Positions 37,775 through 45,078 of a DNA stretch of 45,078 nt are shown here, one piece after another. Position numbers and translations under genes: made by a program. This stretch comes from Alphaproteobacteria bacterium. Its GTDB lineage: Bacteria > Pseudomonadota > Alphaproteobacteria > Rs-D84. Numbering within the stretch: the stretch's first letter is position 1; each line of letters starts with the position of its first letter. The notes under the pieces are model-generated. The model had not been told where the DNA came from. It saw only the letters and a program-made list of their open reading frames with translations, and did no database searches. The stretch lies in assembly GCA_024402815.1 (NCBI GenBank), contig JAKSTB010000002.1, positions 1 to 45,078 on the forward strand, in the 5' to 3' direction.

Positions 37775-38725
37775 ATGAAAGATAAAATTAAAAATGTAAA
37801 TTCTTTGGAAGATTTGCAAAGTTTATACACCGAAACATTCGGTAAAAATGGGACTATGACCCAAAAGTTAAAAAATATGGCGAATTTATCCAACGAAGAA
37901 CGTGCAGTTGTGAACACAGAAAACACCGAATTGCGCCAATTGTTCAAAGAAAAACAGGCGGAATTGGAATTGGCGGTGTTGAATTCTAAATTGGCAACAG
38001 AATATGTTGATGTAACATTGGACACAGAACCAAAAAATCGCGGAACGATACATCCTGTGACTCAATCATTCAAAGAAGCTATCGCTATATTTGAATCTAT
38101 GGGATATACACTGATGACGGGGCCAGAAATCGAAGATGATTGGCATAATTTTACTGCGTTGAATACGCCTGAATATCACCCTGCCCGCGATATGCAAGAT
38201 TCGTTCTTTTTGGAAAACGGAAATGTTATGCGTACACAAACCAGCGCGATTCAAATTCGTGCTATGGAAAAATTAGGCGCACCAATCAAGATATTTGCAT
38301 TGGGTAATTGTTACCGCAAAGAATTAGACGCGACCCATTCTGCCATGTTTGATCAATTGGAAGGGTTGTGTATAGATACAGTTGAAAAGAATATAAATTT
38401 ATCTGATTTGTTGGGAACCATGCGTGTGTTTGCTTCTAAATTCTTTGGCAAAGAAGTTGATTTACGTATTCGTCCTTCATACTTCCCTTTCACAGAACCA
38501 TCTATTGAAATAGATATGAAATGGGGTGATAAGTGGTTGGAATTATTATGTGGCGGTATGGTTCATCCAAATGTTTTGCGTAACTGTGGTATAGATCCTG
38601 ATAAATACCAAGGTTTTGCATTCGGTTTTGGTTGGGACAGATTAGTAATGTTGAAATATGGGCTGAACGATATTCGTGCCTTTACAGACAGCGATATTCG
38701 TTGGTTGAAAAATAGTGGTTTTTAA
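37775..38725 (+). CDS. pheS: phenylalanine--tRNA ligase alpha subunit
   Basis: FPFTEPS motif and class II signature. ATG 37775 has a GGGGA SD. The track start at 37739 lies inside the terminator hairpin. Confidence 0.93.
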   Translation: MKDKIKNVNSLEDLQSLYTETFGKNGTMTQKLKNMANLSNEERAVVNTENTELRQLFKEKQAELELAVLNSKLATEYVDVTLDTEPKNRGTIHPVTQSFKEAIAIFESMGYTLMTGPEIEDDWHNFTALNTPEYHPARDMQDSFFLENGNVMRTQTSAIQIRAMEKLGAPIKIFALGNCYRKELDATHSAMFDQLEGLCIDTVEKNINLSDLLGTMRVFASKFFGKEVDLRIRPSYFPFTEPSIEIDMKWGDKWLELLCGGMVHPNVLRNCGIDPDKYQGFAFGFGWDRLVMLKYGLNDIRAFTDSDIRWLKNSGF

Positions 38726-38740
38726 TCAAGGGGGTAAAAA

Positions 38741-41062
38741 ATGAAATGGTCTTATGAATGGTTAAAAGAATATTTAGATACAGATTTAACCCCAGAGCAA
38801 ATTGCTGATAAATTAACAGCTGTGGGATTGGAAGTTGAAGATTTATCAACACCAATTTTGCCAATCGCTGCAAAAATTACGGAATGTGTTCCACATCCAA
38901 ACAGTGATCATTTACATGTATTGCAAGTTGATGATGGCACAGGCAAATTGCGTCAGGTCGTATGCGGTGCACCAAATGCGCGCGTTGGATTGGTATCTGC
39001 GTTGGCTTTGCCAGGGTGCATAATCGGTGACTTTGTGATTCAACCTGGTAACTTACGCGGTGTTGATTCAAACGGTATGATGTGCAGTGCTGCCGAAATG
39101 GGAATTGGTGATGATGATGCCGGTATTATCGAATTAGATGAAAAACAAGAAAAAATCGGCGAACCTATATCCGTTATGCGTAACAGTGCATCTGCAGTAT
39201 TGGAAACATCTATTACACCAAATCGCCCTGATTATTTATCTGTACGTGGTATTGCGTTGGATTTAAGTGCGGCTGGGGCTGGTAAATATATCGCAGAAGA
39301 TATCAAAGAATTGGAATTAAAGTCTGGTTCTCGCAAAGTGAATTTGGTTGCCGAAAAGGCATGTCCAACATATCGCTTTTGTGAAATACACGGAATTAAA
39401 AATGTTCCGTCCTCTGATAAAATACAAAATCGTTTACGCAGTGCAGATATAAACCCAAAAAATACTGCAATTGATGCTACGAATTATATATGTTATGATT
39501 TGGCGCAACCTATGCATTGTTTTGATGCAGATAAAATCGTTGGCGATATAACTGTGCGTATGGCGAAAGATGGCGAAACATTTACAGACCTGTTCGGCAA
39601 AGAACATGTGTTATGTGAAAAAGATTTGGTTATAACCGATGATGCCGGTATATTGGCTTTGGCTGGTGTTGTTGGTGGGGAACGCGGTTCAACTACAGAC
39701 GAAACCAAAAATATTATATTGGAATCTGCATATTTTGATCCTGTGTTTATTCGTAAATCTTCGAAACGTCATGGGATATCAACAGATTCTTCATACAGAT
39801 ATGAACGTGGTATTAACCCAGATGGCACAGCCAAAGCTTTGGCGTTGGCTGCTAAAATCATCATGGATCAATGTGGTGGTGAAATTGTAAATGTTTCTGT
39901 GGCGGGACGTGAAAAATATGTTCCGGAAACAGTTGTATACAATCCATCATATTTCCAACAAAAAACAGGTTTAACTTTGGATGCAGATACACAACGTGAA
40001 ATACTTGAAAGATTGCAATTCAAAGTTGCCAATAACAAAAAAGGTGATTGGGTTATAACACCAAACCCACAACGTGTAGATGTTGTGATTCCTGAAAATA
40101 TTGTTTCAGATTTAATCCGTATCTATGGCTATGACAAGGTTGGGTTGAATTATGTCCCTGAAAAAACAGTTCCTGCGGAACATAATGATTTGAATATACC
40201 TTTGAAGGAAAAATTAGCAAATCTGGGTTTGAACGAAGCTATTACTTTTGGTTTTGGTAATTCCAAAGTTGAACAATTGGTAACTGATAAACCTTTAATC
40301 AAAGTTGCAAACCCAATTATTGTTGATTTAGATACTGCAAGAAATAATTTGTTGGGAAATTTATTGATTGCAGTGGCAAATAATGAAAAACGTGGTTTTT
40401 CTGATTTGAATATGTTTGAAATGGGTGCAGTGTTTGATGGTGATAAACCTGGTGAACAATATACATCTATTTGTATAGTTCGCACCGGGAATACATCGCC
40501 AAAGCATTGGCAAAAACGCAATCGCCCTGTTGATGTATTCGATGTAAAATCAGATATTGTGTCTTTGTTGGGTTCACAAAAATTCAATATAGATACCAAG
40601 AATGCGCCACGTTGGGCACACCCATACAGATACGGTGCAATTACCCAGGGACCACGTGTCATTGGACAATTTGGTGAATTACATCCATCTGTCGCAAAAC
40701 AATTACACATAAAAACACCTGTGATGATTGGTTTGATTGACAACATAGAAAATTTACCAAAAAATCCGAAACACAAAAAAATACCTGTAACCGATTTTAT
40801 GCCAATCACACGTGATTTTGCTTTTGTAGTTGATGCAAAATATGAATCACAAAAAATGATTGCGACAGCACTGGGGGCAGATTCACACATATCAAATGCG
40901 GTTATATTTGATTCATTTGATATGGAAAACGGATTAAAATCTGTTGCATTTACAATAACGATTTATCCTGAACAAAACATGTTAGATACAGATTTGTTAA
41001 AGATTCAAGAAAACGTTATCAGAAATGTTGAATCAAAATGTGGTGCTAAATTGCGTGCATAA
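38741..41062 (+). CDS. pheT: phenylalanine--tRNA ligase beta subunit
   Basis: 773 aa with N-terminal tRNA-binding domain, B3/4, B5 and C-terminal FDX-ACB-like region. Follows pheS. Confidence 0.93.
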   Translation: MKWSYEWLKEYLDTDLTPEQIADKLTAVGLEVEDLSTPILPIAAKITECVPHPNSDHLHVLQVDDGTGKLRQVVCGAPNARVGLVSALALPGCIIGDFVIQPGNLRGVDSNGMMCSAAEMGIGDDDAGIIELDEKQEKIGEPISVMRNSASAVLETSITPNRPDYLSVRGIALDLSAAGAGKYIAEDIKELELKSGSRKVNLVAEKACPTYRFCEIHGIKNVPSSDKIQNRLRSADINPKNTAIDATNYICYDLAQPMHCFDADKIVGDITVRMAKDGETFTDLFGKEHVLCEKDLVITDDAGILALAGVVGGERGSTTDETKNIILESAYFDPVFIRKSSKRHGISTDSSYRYERGINPDGTAKALALAAKIIMDQCGGEIVNVSVAGREKYVPETVVYNPSYFQQKTGLTLDADTQREILERLQFKVANNKKGDWVITPNPQRVDVVIPENIVSDLIRIYGYDKVGLNYVPEKTVPAEHNDLNIPLKEKLANLGLNEAITFGFGNSKVEQLVTDKPLIKVANPIIVDLDTARNNLLGNLLIAVANNEKRGFSDLNMFEMGAVFDGDKPGEQYTSICIVRTGNTSPKHWQKRNRPVDVFDVKSDIVSLLGSQKFNIDTKNAPRWAHPYRYGAITQGPRVIGQFGELHPSVAKQLHIKTPVMIGLIDNIENLPKNPKHKKIPVTDFMPITRDFAFVVDAKYESQKMIATALGADSHISNAVIFDSFDMENGLKSVAFTITIYPEQNMLDTDLLKIQENVIRNVESKCGAKLRA

Positions 41063-41076
41063 AATCGCAATAAATA

Positions 41077-41107
41077 AAAGACCGGTGTGAAAAACACCGG
41101 TTTTTTT
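41077..41107 (+). terminator. intrinsic terminator after pheT
   Basis: ACCGGTGT / ACACCGGT stem with 5-nt loop and a T7 run. Confidence 0.8.
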
Positions 41108-41127
41108 ATAAAATTTATATATAAAAC

Positions 41128-41156
41128 TTGATTTTCATAAAAATTCATTGTATAAA
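41128..41156 (+). promoter_or_regulatory. promoter of the ileS leader
   Basis: TTGATT (41128-41133), 17-nt spacer, TATAAA (41151-41156). Confidence 0.5.
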
Positions 41157-41163
41157 TAGTGTC

Positions 41164-41196
41164 ATGAAACAAAAAACAATAATTATCATTAAATAA
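41164..41196 (+). CDS. putative ileS leader peptide MKQKTIIIIK
   Basis: 10-codon ORF with four consecutive Ile codons (ATA ATT ATC ATT). The ATG is about 8 nt after the -10 element (leaderless-type) and there is no SD. Confidence 0.45.
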   Translation: MKQKTIIIIK

Positions 41197-41200
41197 AAGG

Positions 41201-41244
41201 CACTGCGCTTTGGCGGTGGCTGGGGCGCATAAAGCGCCCTTTTT
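41201..41244 (+). promoter_or_regulatory. attenuator-like alternative structures ending in an intrinsic terminator
   Basis: Terminator GGGCGC (41223-41228) / GCGCCC (41234-41239) plus TTTTT. Competing helix TGCGCTTT (41204-41211) / GGGGCGCA (41222-41229). Third helix 41201-41206 / 41213-41218. Confidence 0.55.
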
Positions 41245-41274
41245 CAATGCAAATAAAACAAAGGTAGAAAAACA

Positions 41275-44200
41275 ATGGCATATCCAAAAACAGAAACCAA
41301 AGCGAATTTTTCAGAATTAGAAAATAAAATCTTAGAATTTTGGCGTGATGATGACACATTTCATAAATCATTGAATAAAACAAAATTGGGACATCCGTTT
41401 ACTTTCTATGATGGTCCACCGTTTGCAAATGGTTTGCCACATTGGGGACATCTGGGCGTATCAGCGGTTAAAGATATGGTCTGTAGATTTAATACTATGC
41501 GTGGCCGTTATGTAGAGCGCGCGTTGGGTTGGGATTGTCATGGTCTGCCAGCTGAAGCGTCTGTTGAAAAGAAGCAAGGTCGTACCGCTAAAGATATTGT
41601 CGCAACTGATGGAATTGCAGCATTTTGTGATATGTGCCACGATGATGTTATCACATACACAAATGAATGGGTACGTTTCATAGAACGTGTGGGACGTTGG
41701 GTTGATGGTGGTAAAGATTTGGGCTATCGCACAATGGATACCAATTATATGGAATCTGTTATCTGGGCTTTGAAAGAATTATATAATCGTGGTTTGTTAT
41801 ACAAAGATTTCAAAGTAAATCCATATGATTGGAAACTTGGCACTGTCTTATCAAACAGCGAAGCGTCATCTGAATATCAGGATATTATTGATGATACAGT
41901 CACAGTTTGGTTTGAACTGGAAAATGGCGATCGTGCAATGGCATGGACAACAACACCATGGACACTACCTGCAAATTCAGCATTGGCTGTAAATAATAAT
42001 ATGACATATGTTCGTATGCGCCATGATGATGGTCATGTCTATGTTTTGGCAGAGTCTCGATTAAAAGCATATGAAAAAATATTTGCAAATTCTGAAAACT
42101 TAGGAACTGTAAATGGTTCTGAATTGGTTGGTCTGCATTATAAACCGATTTTTCCATATTATACAGAATTGGCAAAATCAGGTCATGGGCTGTATACAGT
42201 AATTTCTGGGGATTATGTATCGGACAGTGATGGTACTGGTATTGTTCATATTGCACCTGCATATGGTGAAGATGACTATATCGTTGCCAAAGCAATCGAT
42301 TCACAATTCCCTGTGATTTTGAATGTTGATGATTATGGCAATTTTGATAACACAGTCAAAGAATGGGCGGGCGAAAACATATTTGATGCAAATCCAAAAG
42401 TCATAGATTGGTTGCGTGATAATGGTATTTTGGTAAAGAAAGATCAACACAAACACAGTTATCCATTTGGTCCGCGCAGCAAAGAAAAATTGATTTATCG
42501 TGCAACTGATGCGTGGTATGTTGATGTTCCAAAAATTCGTGAAAGATTAGTTGAAATAACCAAGAACGAAACAACATGGACATCGGCTGGAAATCGGTTT
42601 TTATCTTGGATTGAAAACGCACGTCCTTGGGGAATTTCTAGAAACAGATTCTGGGGCGTACCATTACCGCTTTGGGAAAAAGATGGTGAATATAAAATCT
42701 TTGGTTCTGTCGCAGAACTGGAAGAATTTTTCAATATGAAAATTGACGATCTGCATCGTCCAACATTGGATGCGTTGACACGTGATGGTTGGAAACGTAT
42801 ACCTGATGTTCTGGATTGTTGGTTTGAATCTGGGTCTATGCCATTTGCATCATTGCATTACCCGTTTGAAAACAAGGATATTTTTGAAAAAACTTTCCCG
42901 GCTGATTACATCATAGAAGGCCAAGATCAAACGCGTGGATGGTTTTATCATTTGATGATAATGGCAGTCGCGCTATTTGATAAACCTGCGTTTCGTGTAG
43001 TATCGGCAAACGGTATGGTCGTTGATGAAAATAAACGCAAATTTTCAAAATCGTTGGGAAATTTTGTTAATCCGGATCAGCAACTTGAAACATATGGTGC
43101 AGATGCTATCCGTCTGTTTATCTTGGGTAGTAATTTTATGAAGGCTGAACCGGTGCCTGTTGATAAAGAAGGTGTGGTCTTTAATGACACAATTAAAACA
43201 ATTTTAACACCGCTTTGGAACGCATATCATTTCTTTACTTTGTATGCTAATGCGTCTGATATCATAGTATCAAAAGAGCCGAATTTAGATAATGTTTTGG
43301 ATAAATACATAATATCTGAATTGAACGATTTGATAAAAACGACTACATCTGCTTTGAATGATTATAAGCCAGATATCGCAGTTAAAGAATTTGCAAGATT
43401 TTTGGATATATTGAATAACTGGTACATACGTCGTAACAGAACAAGATTTTGGGACGAAGATATGGAAGCATTCGAAACATTACATTATGTGTTAACTACA
43501 TTCTGTAAATGTTTGGCGCCATTTGCACCATTTATCGCTGAATATATATTCAAGAATTTAACAGGCGAAGAATCTGTGCATTTACAAGATTGGCCAACAG
43601 CAACAGATGTTGATGAAAAAATCGTAAACGACATGCGTCGTGTTCAATCAATCGTGTCTGTGGGTAAACAATTACGTGAACAATATAAATTGCGTAATCG
43701 TTTGCCTTTGGCTGATGTTACAATCGCAGGTGTTGATATGCGCGAATACGGCGACATCATCAAAGATGAATTAAATGTCAAAGCTGTTAAATTCATCGAA
43801 AATATAAATGATGTGGCTGATTCATTTGTATATTTGGTTACACCAAAAATCGGTGCACGTTTGGGTGGTGCTTTGAAAGACATTATCCCAATGGTAAAAC
43901 ATGGTGATTATAAAATCGAAAATGATAAATTGGTCGTTGGTGAATATGTTTTGAACAGCGACGAATTTGAAAATCGTTTAACCGTCAAAGATGGTGTGTC
44001 GGGTGCAACATTACCAGACAACACAGCGGTCGTTGTATTGAATACAGAATTGAACGCTGAATTACAAGAAGAAGGTTTGGTAAATGATGCGTTGCGTTTC
44101 ATCCAAGATTCACGCAAAGCGGCAAATCTGGATGTGTCAGACAGAATAAAATTGGCATATACCGCTGATGTTGCCCTGCACAATGCGATAGAAGCACACA

Positions 44201-44319
44201 AAAAACGCATAATGCATGATGCGTTGATAACTGAAATGACATTTGGTGATGCAAATCAATTCAGTGATAAAATCGAAGAATACAATTTGTCTATCAACAT
44301 TGAAAAAGCAAATGCGTAA
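41275..44319 (+). CDS. ileS: isoleucine--tRNA ligase (type 2)
   Basis: HIGH-type PHWGH, KMSKS-type KFSKS, 1014 aa with CP1 editing domain. Confidence 0.95.
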   Translation: MAYPKTETKANFSELENKILEFWRDDDTFHKSLNKTKLGHPFTFYDGPPFANGLPHWGHLGVSAVKDMVCRFNTMRGRYVERALGWDCHGLPAEASVEKKQGRTAKDIVATDGIAAFCDMCHDDVITYTNEWVRFIERVGRWVDGGKDLGYRTMDTNYMESVIWALKELYNRGLLYKDFKVNPYDWKLGTVLSNSEASSEYQDIIDDTVTVWFELENGDRAMAWTTTPWTLPANSALAVNNNMTYVRMRHDDGHVYVLAESRLKAYEKIFANSENLGTVNGSELVGLHYKPIFPYYTELAKSGHGLYTVISGDYVSDSDGTGIVHIAPAYGEDDYIVAKAIDSQFPVILNVDDYGNFDNTVKEWAGENIFDANPKVIDWLRDNGILVKKDQHKHSYPFGPRSKEKLIYRATDAWYVDVPKIRERLVEITKNETTWTSAGNRFLSWIENARPWGISRNRFWGVPLPLWEKDGEYKIFGSVAELEEFFNMKIDDLHRPTLDALTRDGWKRIPDVLDCWFESGSMPFASLHYPFENKDIFEKTFPADYIIEGQDQTRGWFYHLMIMAVALFDKPAFRVVSANGMVVDENKRKFSKSLGNFVNPDQQLETYGADAIRLFILGSNFMKAEPVPVDKEGVVFNDTIKTILTPLWNAYHFFTLYANASDIIVSKEPNLDNVLDKYIISELNDLIKTTTSALNDYKPDIAVKEFARFLDILNNWYIRRNRTRFWDEDMEAFETLHYVLTTFCKCLAPFAPFIAEYIFKNLTGEESVHLQDWPTATDVDEKIVNDMRRVQSIVSVGKQLREQYKLRNRLPLADVTIAGVDMREYGDIIKDELNVKAVKFIENINDVADSFVYLVTPKIGARLGGALKDIIPMVKHGDYKIENDKLVVGEYVLNSDEFENRLTVKDGVSGATLPDNTAVVVLNTELNAELQEEGLVNDALRFIQDSRKAANLDVSDRIKLAYTADVALHNAIEAHKKRIMHDALITEMTFGDANQFSDKIEEYNLSINIEKANA

Positions 44320-44986
44320 ACAAAAAATAATTCTTAGTCCGGATATTTATTTTGAAAATGTTTGTCCAACATTGAATATGAATATCCGGTCTGAATTATA
44401 TTCCACAAATGAATTTACATTTGCGGTGGCTGTGATTTTATCAGCCCAGGCAACTGATAAAAAAGTTAATGAAGTTACCCCAGAATTATTCCGTATAGCA
44501 CCAACGCCCGATAAAATGCTGAAGTTGGGGATTGACGGATTAAAACAACATATCAAAGTAATTTCTTTCTTTAATAACAAGGCGAAAAACATAATTTTAT
44601 TGTCACAACAATTGCAAGATAAAAACAGCGACGATATAAATTATAAATTCCCAACAAAATATCACGACAGAAATGAATTAATGAAATTAGCAGGGGTCGG
44701 TCAAAAAACCGCCAATGTGGTATCTAATGTTTTGTGGGGTGCGTCAAACATAGGTGTGGATACTCACGTTTTCCGTCTGTCGCATCGATTTGGTTGGTGT
44801 GATGAAAACGATAATACACCCGAAAAAGTAGAAACAAAATTATTGAAAATTATTCCACAAAAATACCATTCAATTACAAATCATGTAATGGTTTTGCATG
44901 GTCGTTATACATGCAAGGCACTTCGCCCAAATTGTGTAAATTGCCCAGTTGTAAAATGGTGTAATTCTAAAGATAAAAGACAATAA
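44312..44986 (+). CDS. nth: endonuclease III
   Basis: HhH LAGVGQKTANVV, catalytic D in GVDTHVFR, Fe-S ligands C-x6-C-x2-C-x5-C. The ATG overlaps the ileS end by 8 nt. Confidence 0.93.
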   Translation: MRKQKIILSPDIYFENVCPTLNMNIRSELYSTNEFTFAVAVILSAQATDKKVNEVTPELFRIAPTPDKMLKLGIDGLKQHIKVISFFNNKAKNIILLSQQLQDKNSDDINYKFPTKYHDRNELMKLAGVGQKTANVVSNVLWGASNIGVDTHVFRLSHRFGWCDENDNTPEKVETKLLKIIPQKYHSITNHVMVLHGRYTCKALRPNCVNCPVVKWCNSKDKRQ

Positions 44987-45011
44987 AAATACCGGTATTT
45001 ACCGGTATTTT
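44986..45011. terminator. bidirectional hairpin (AAAATACCGG / CCGGTATTTT, 6-nt loop)
   Basis: Arms at 44986-44995 and 45002-45011, between nth and the convergent tRNA-Thr. Confidence 0.7.
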
Positions 45012-45023
45012 CTTAAATTTTTA

Positions 45024-45078
45024 TGGTGCCGGTTATAGGACTTGAACCTACGACCCCCTCATTACGAATGAGATGCTC
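45024..45078 (-). tRNA. tRNA-Thr (anticodon CGU), 3' part only (runs off the window)
   Basis: Reverse complement reads ...TCTCA-TTCGTAA-TGAGG-GGGTC-GTAGG-TTCAAGT-CCTAT-AACCGGC-A-CCA. Confidence 0.85.

Noticed and set aside
40150-40890. 246-aa antisense ORF inside pheT, and similar long shadow ORFs (6800..7372 in gyrB, 9568..10053, 10729..11280, 11938..12312, 33894..34283, 41900..42304)
   Set aside because: They lie fully within well-supported genes on the opposite strand or in another frame. They have low-complexity or odd composition and no start signals. They are typical shadow ORFs.

Overview
This is a 45 kb, visibly AT-rich chromosomal segment. It looks like a reduced, probably host-associated alphaproteobacterium (Rickettsiales/Holosporales-like). 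That inference rests on a non-zinc alphaproteobacterial-type L36, an isolated virB3-virB4 pair and a type-2 IleS. Most of the window is housekeeping: ung, gyrB, lpxC, lpxK, initiator tRNA, lrgAB, rpmJ, ychF, dnaG, topA, mrdA, rodA, mreCD, rpmI, rplT, pheST, ileS, nth and a partial tRNA-Thr. No integrase, transposase, IS element, CRISPR array or rRNA was seen. Accessory or unexplained content sits in five places:

1. A co-directional block downstream of gyrB encodes a 549-aa repeat protein, a 93-aa protein, a JAB/MPN+ metalloprotease, an HhH-GPD-like protein and Ung.
2. A four-gene type IVb-pilus-like module (PilO/PilP/ATPase/platform) has no pilin, secretin or prepilin peptidase in the window.
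3. A 1.4 kb single-gene insertion lies behind tRNA-fMet. It is bracketed by a 46-bp direct repeat and carries an effector-like ORF. Next to it are a decayed NUDIX gene and further orphan ORFs.
4. virB3-virB4 is followed by a secreted HExxH protein instead of other virB genes.
5. RNA-level features include a tRNA-like RNA of unclear identity and an Ile-codon leader peptide with alternative hairpins and a terminator directly upstream of ileS. An identical 10-bp-stem hairpin (AAAATACCGG/CCGGTATTTT) also recurs at three convergent gene junctions.

All functional calls come from motif recognition by eye. No database search was run.
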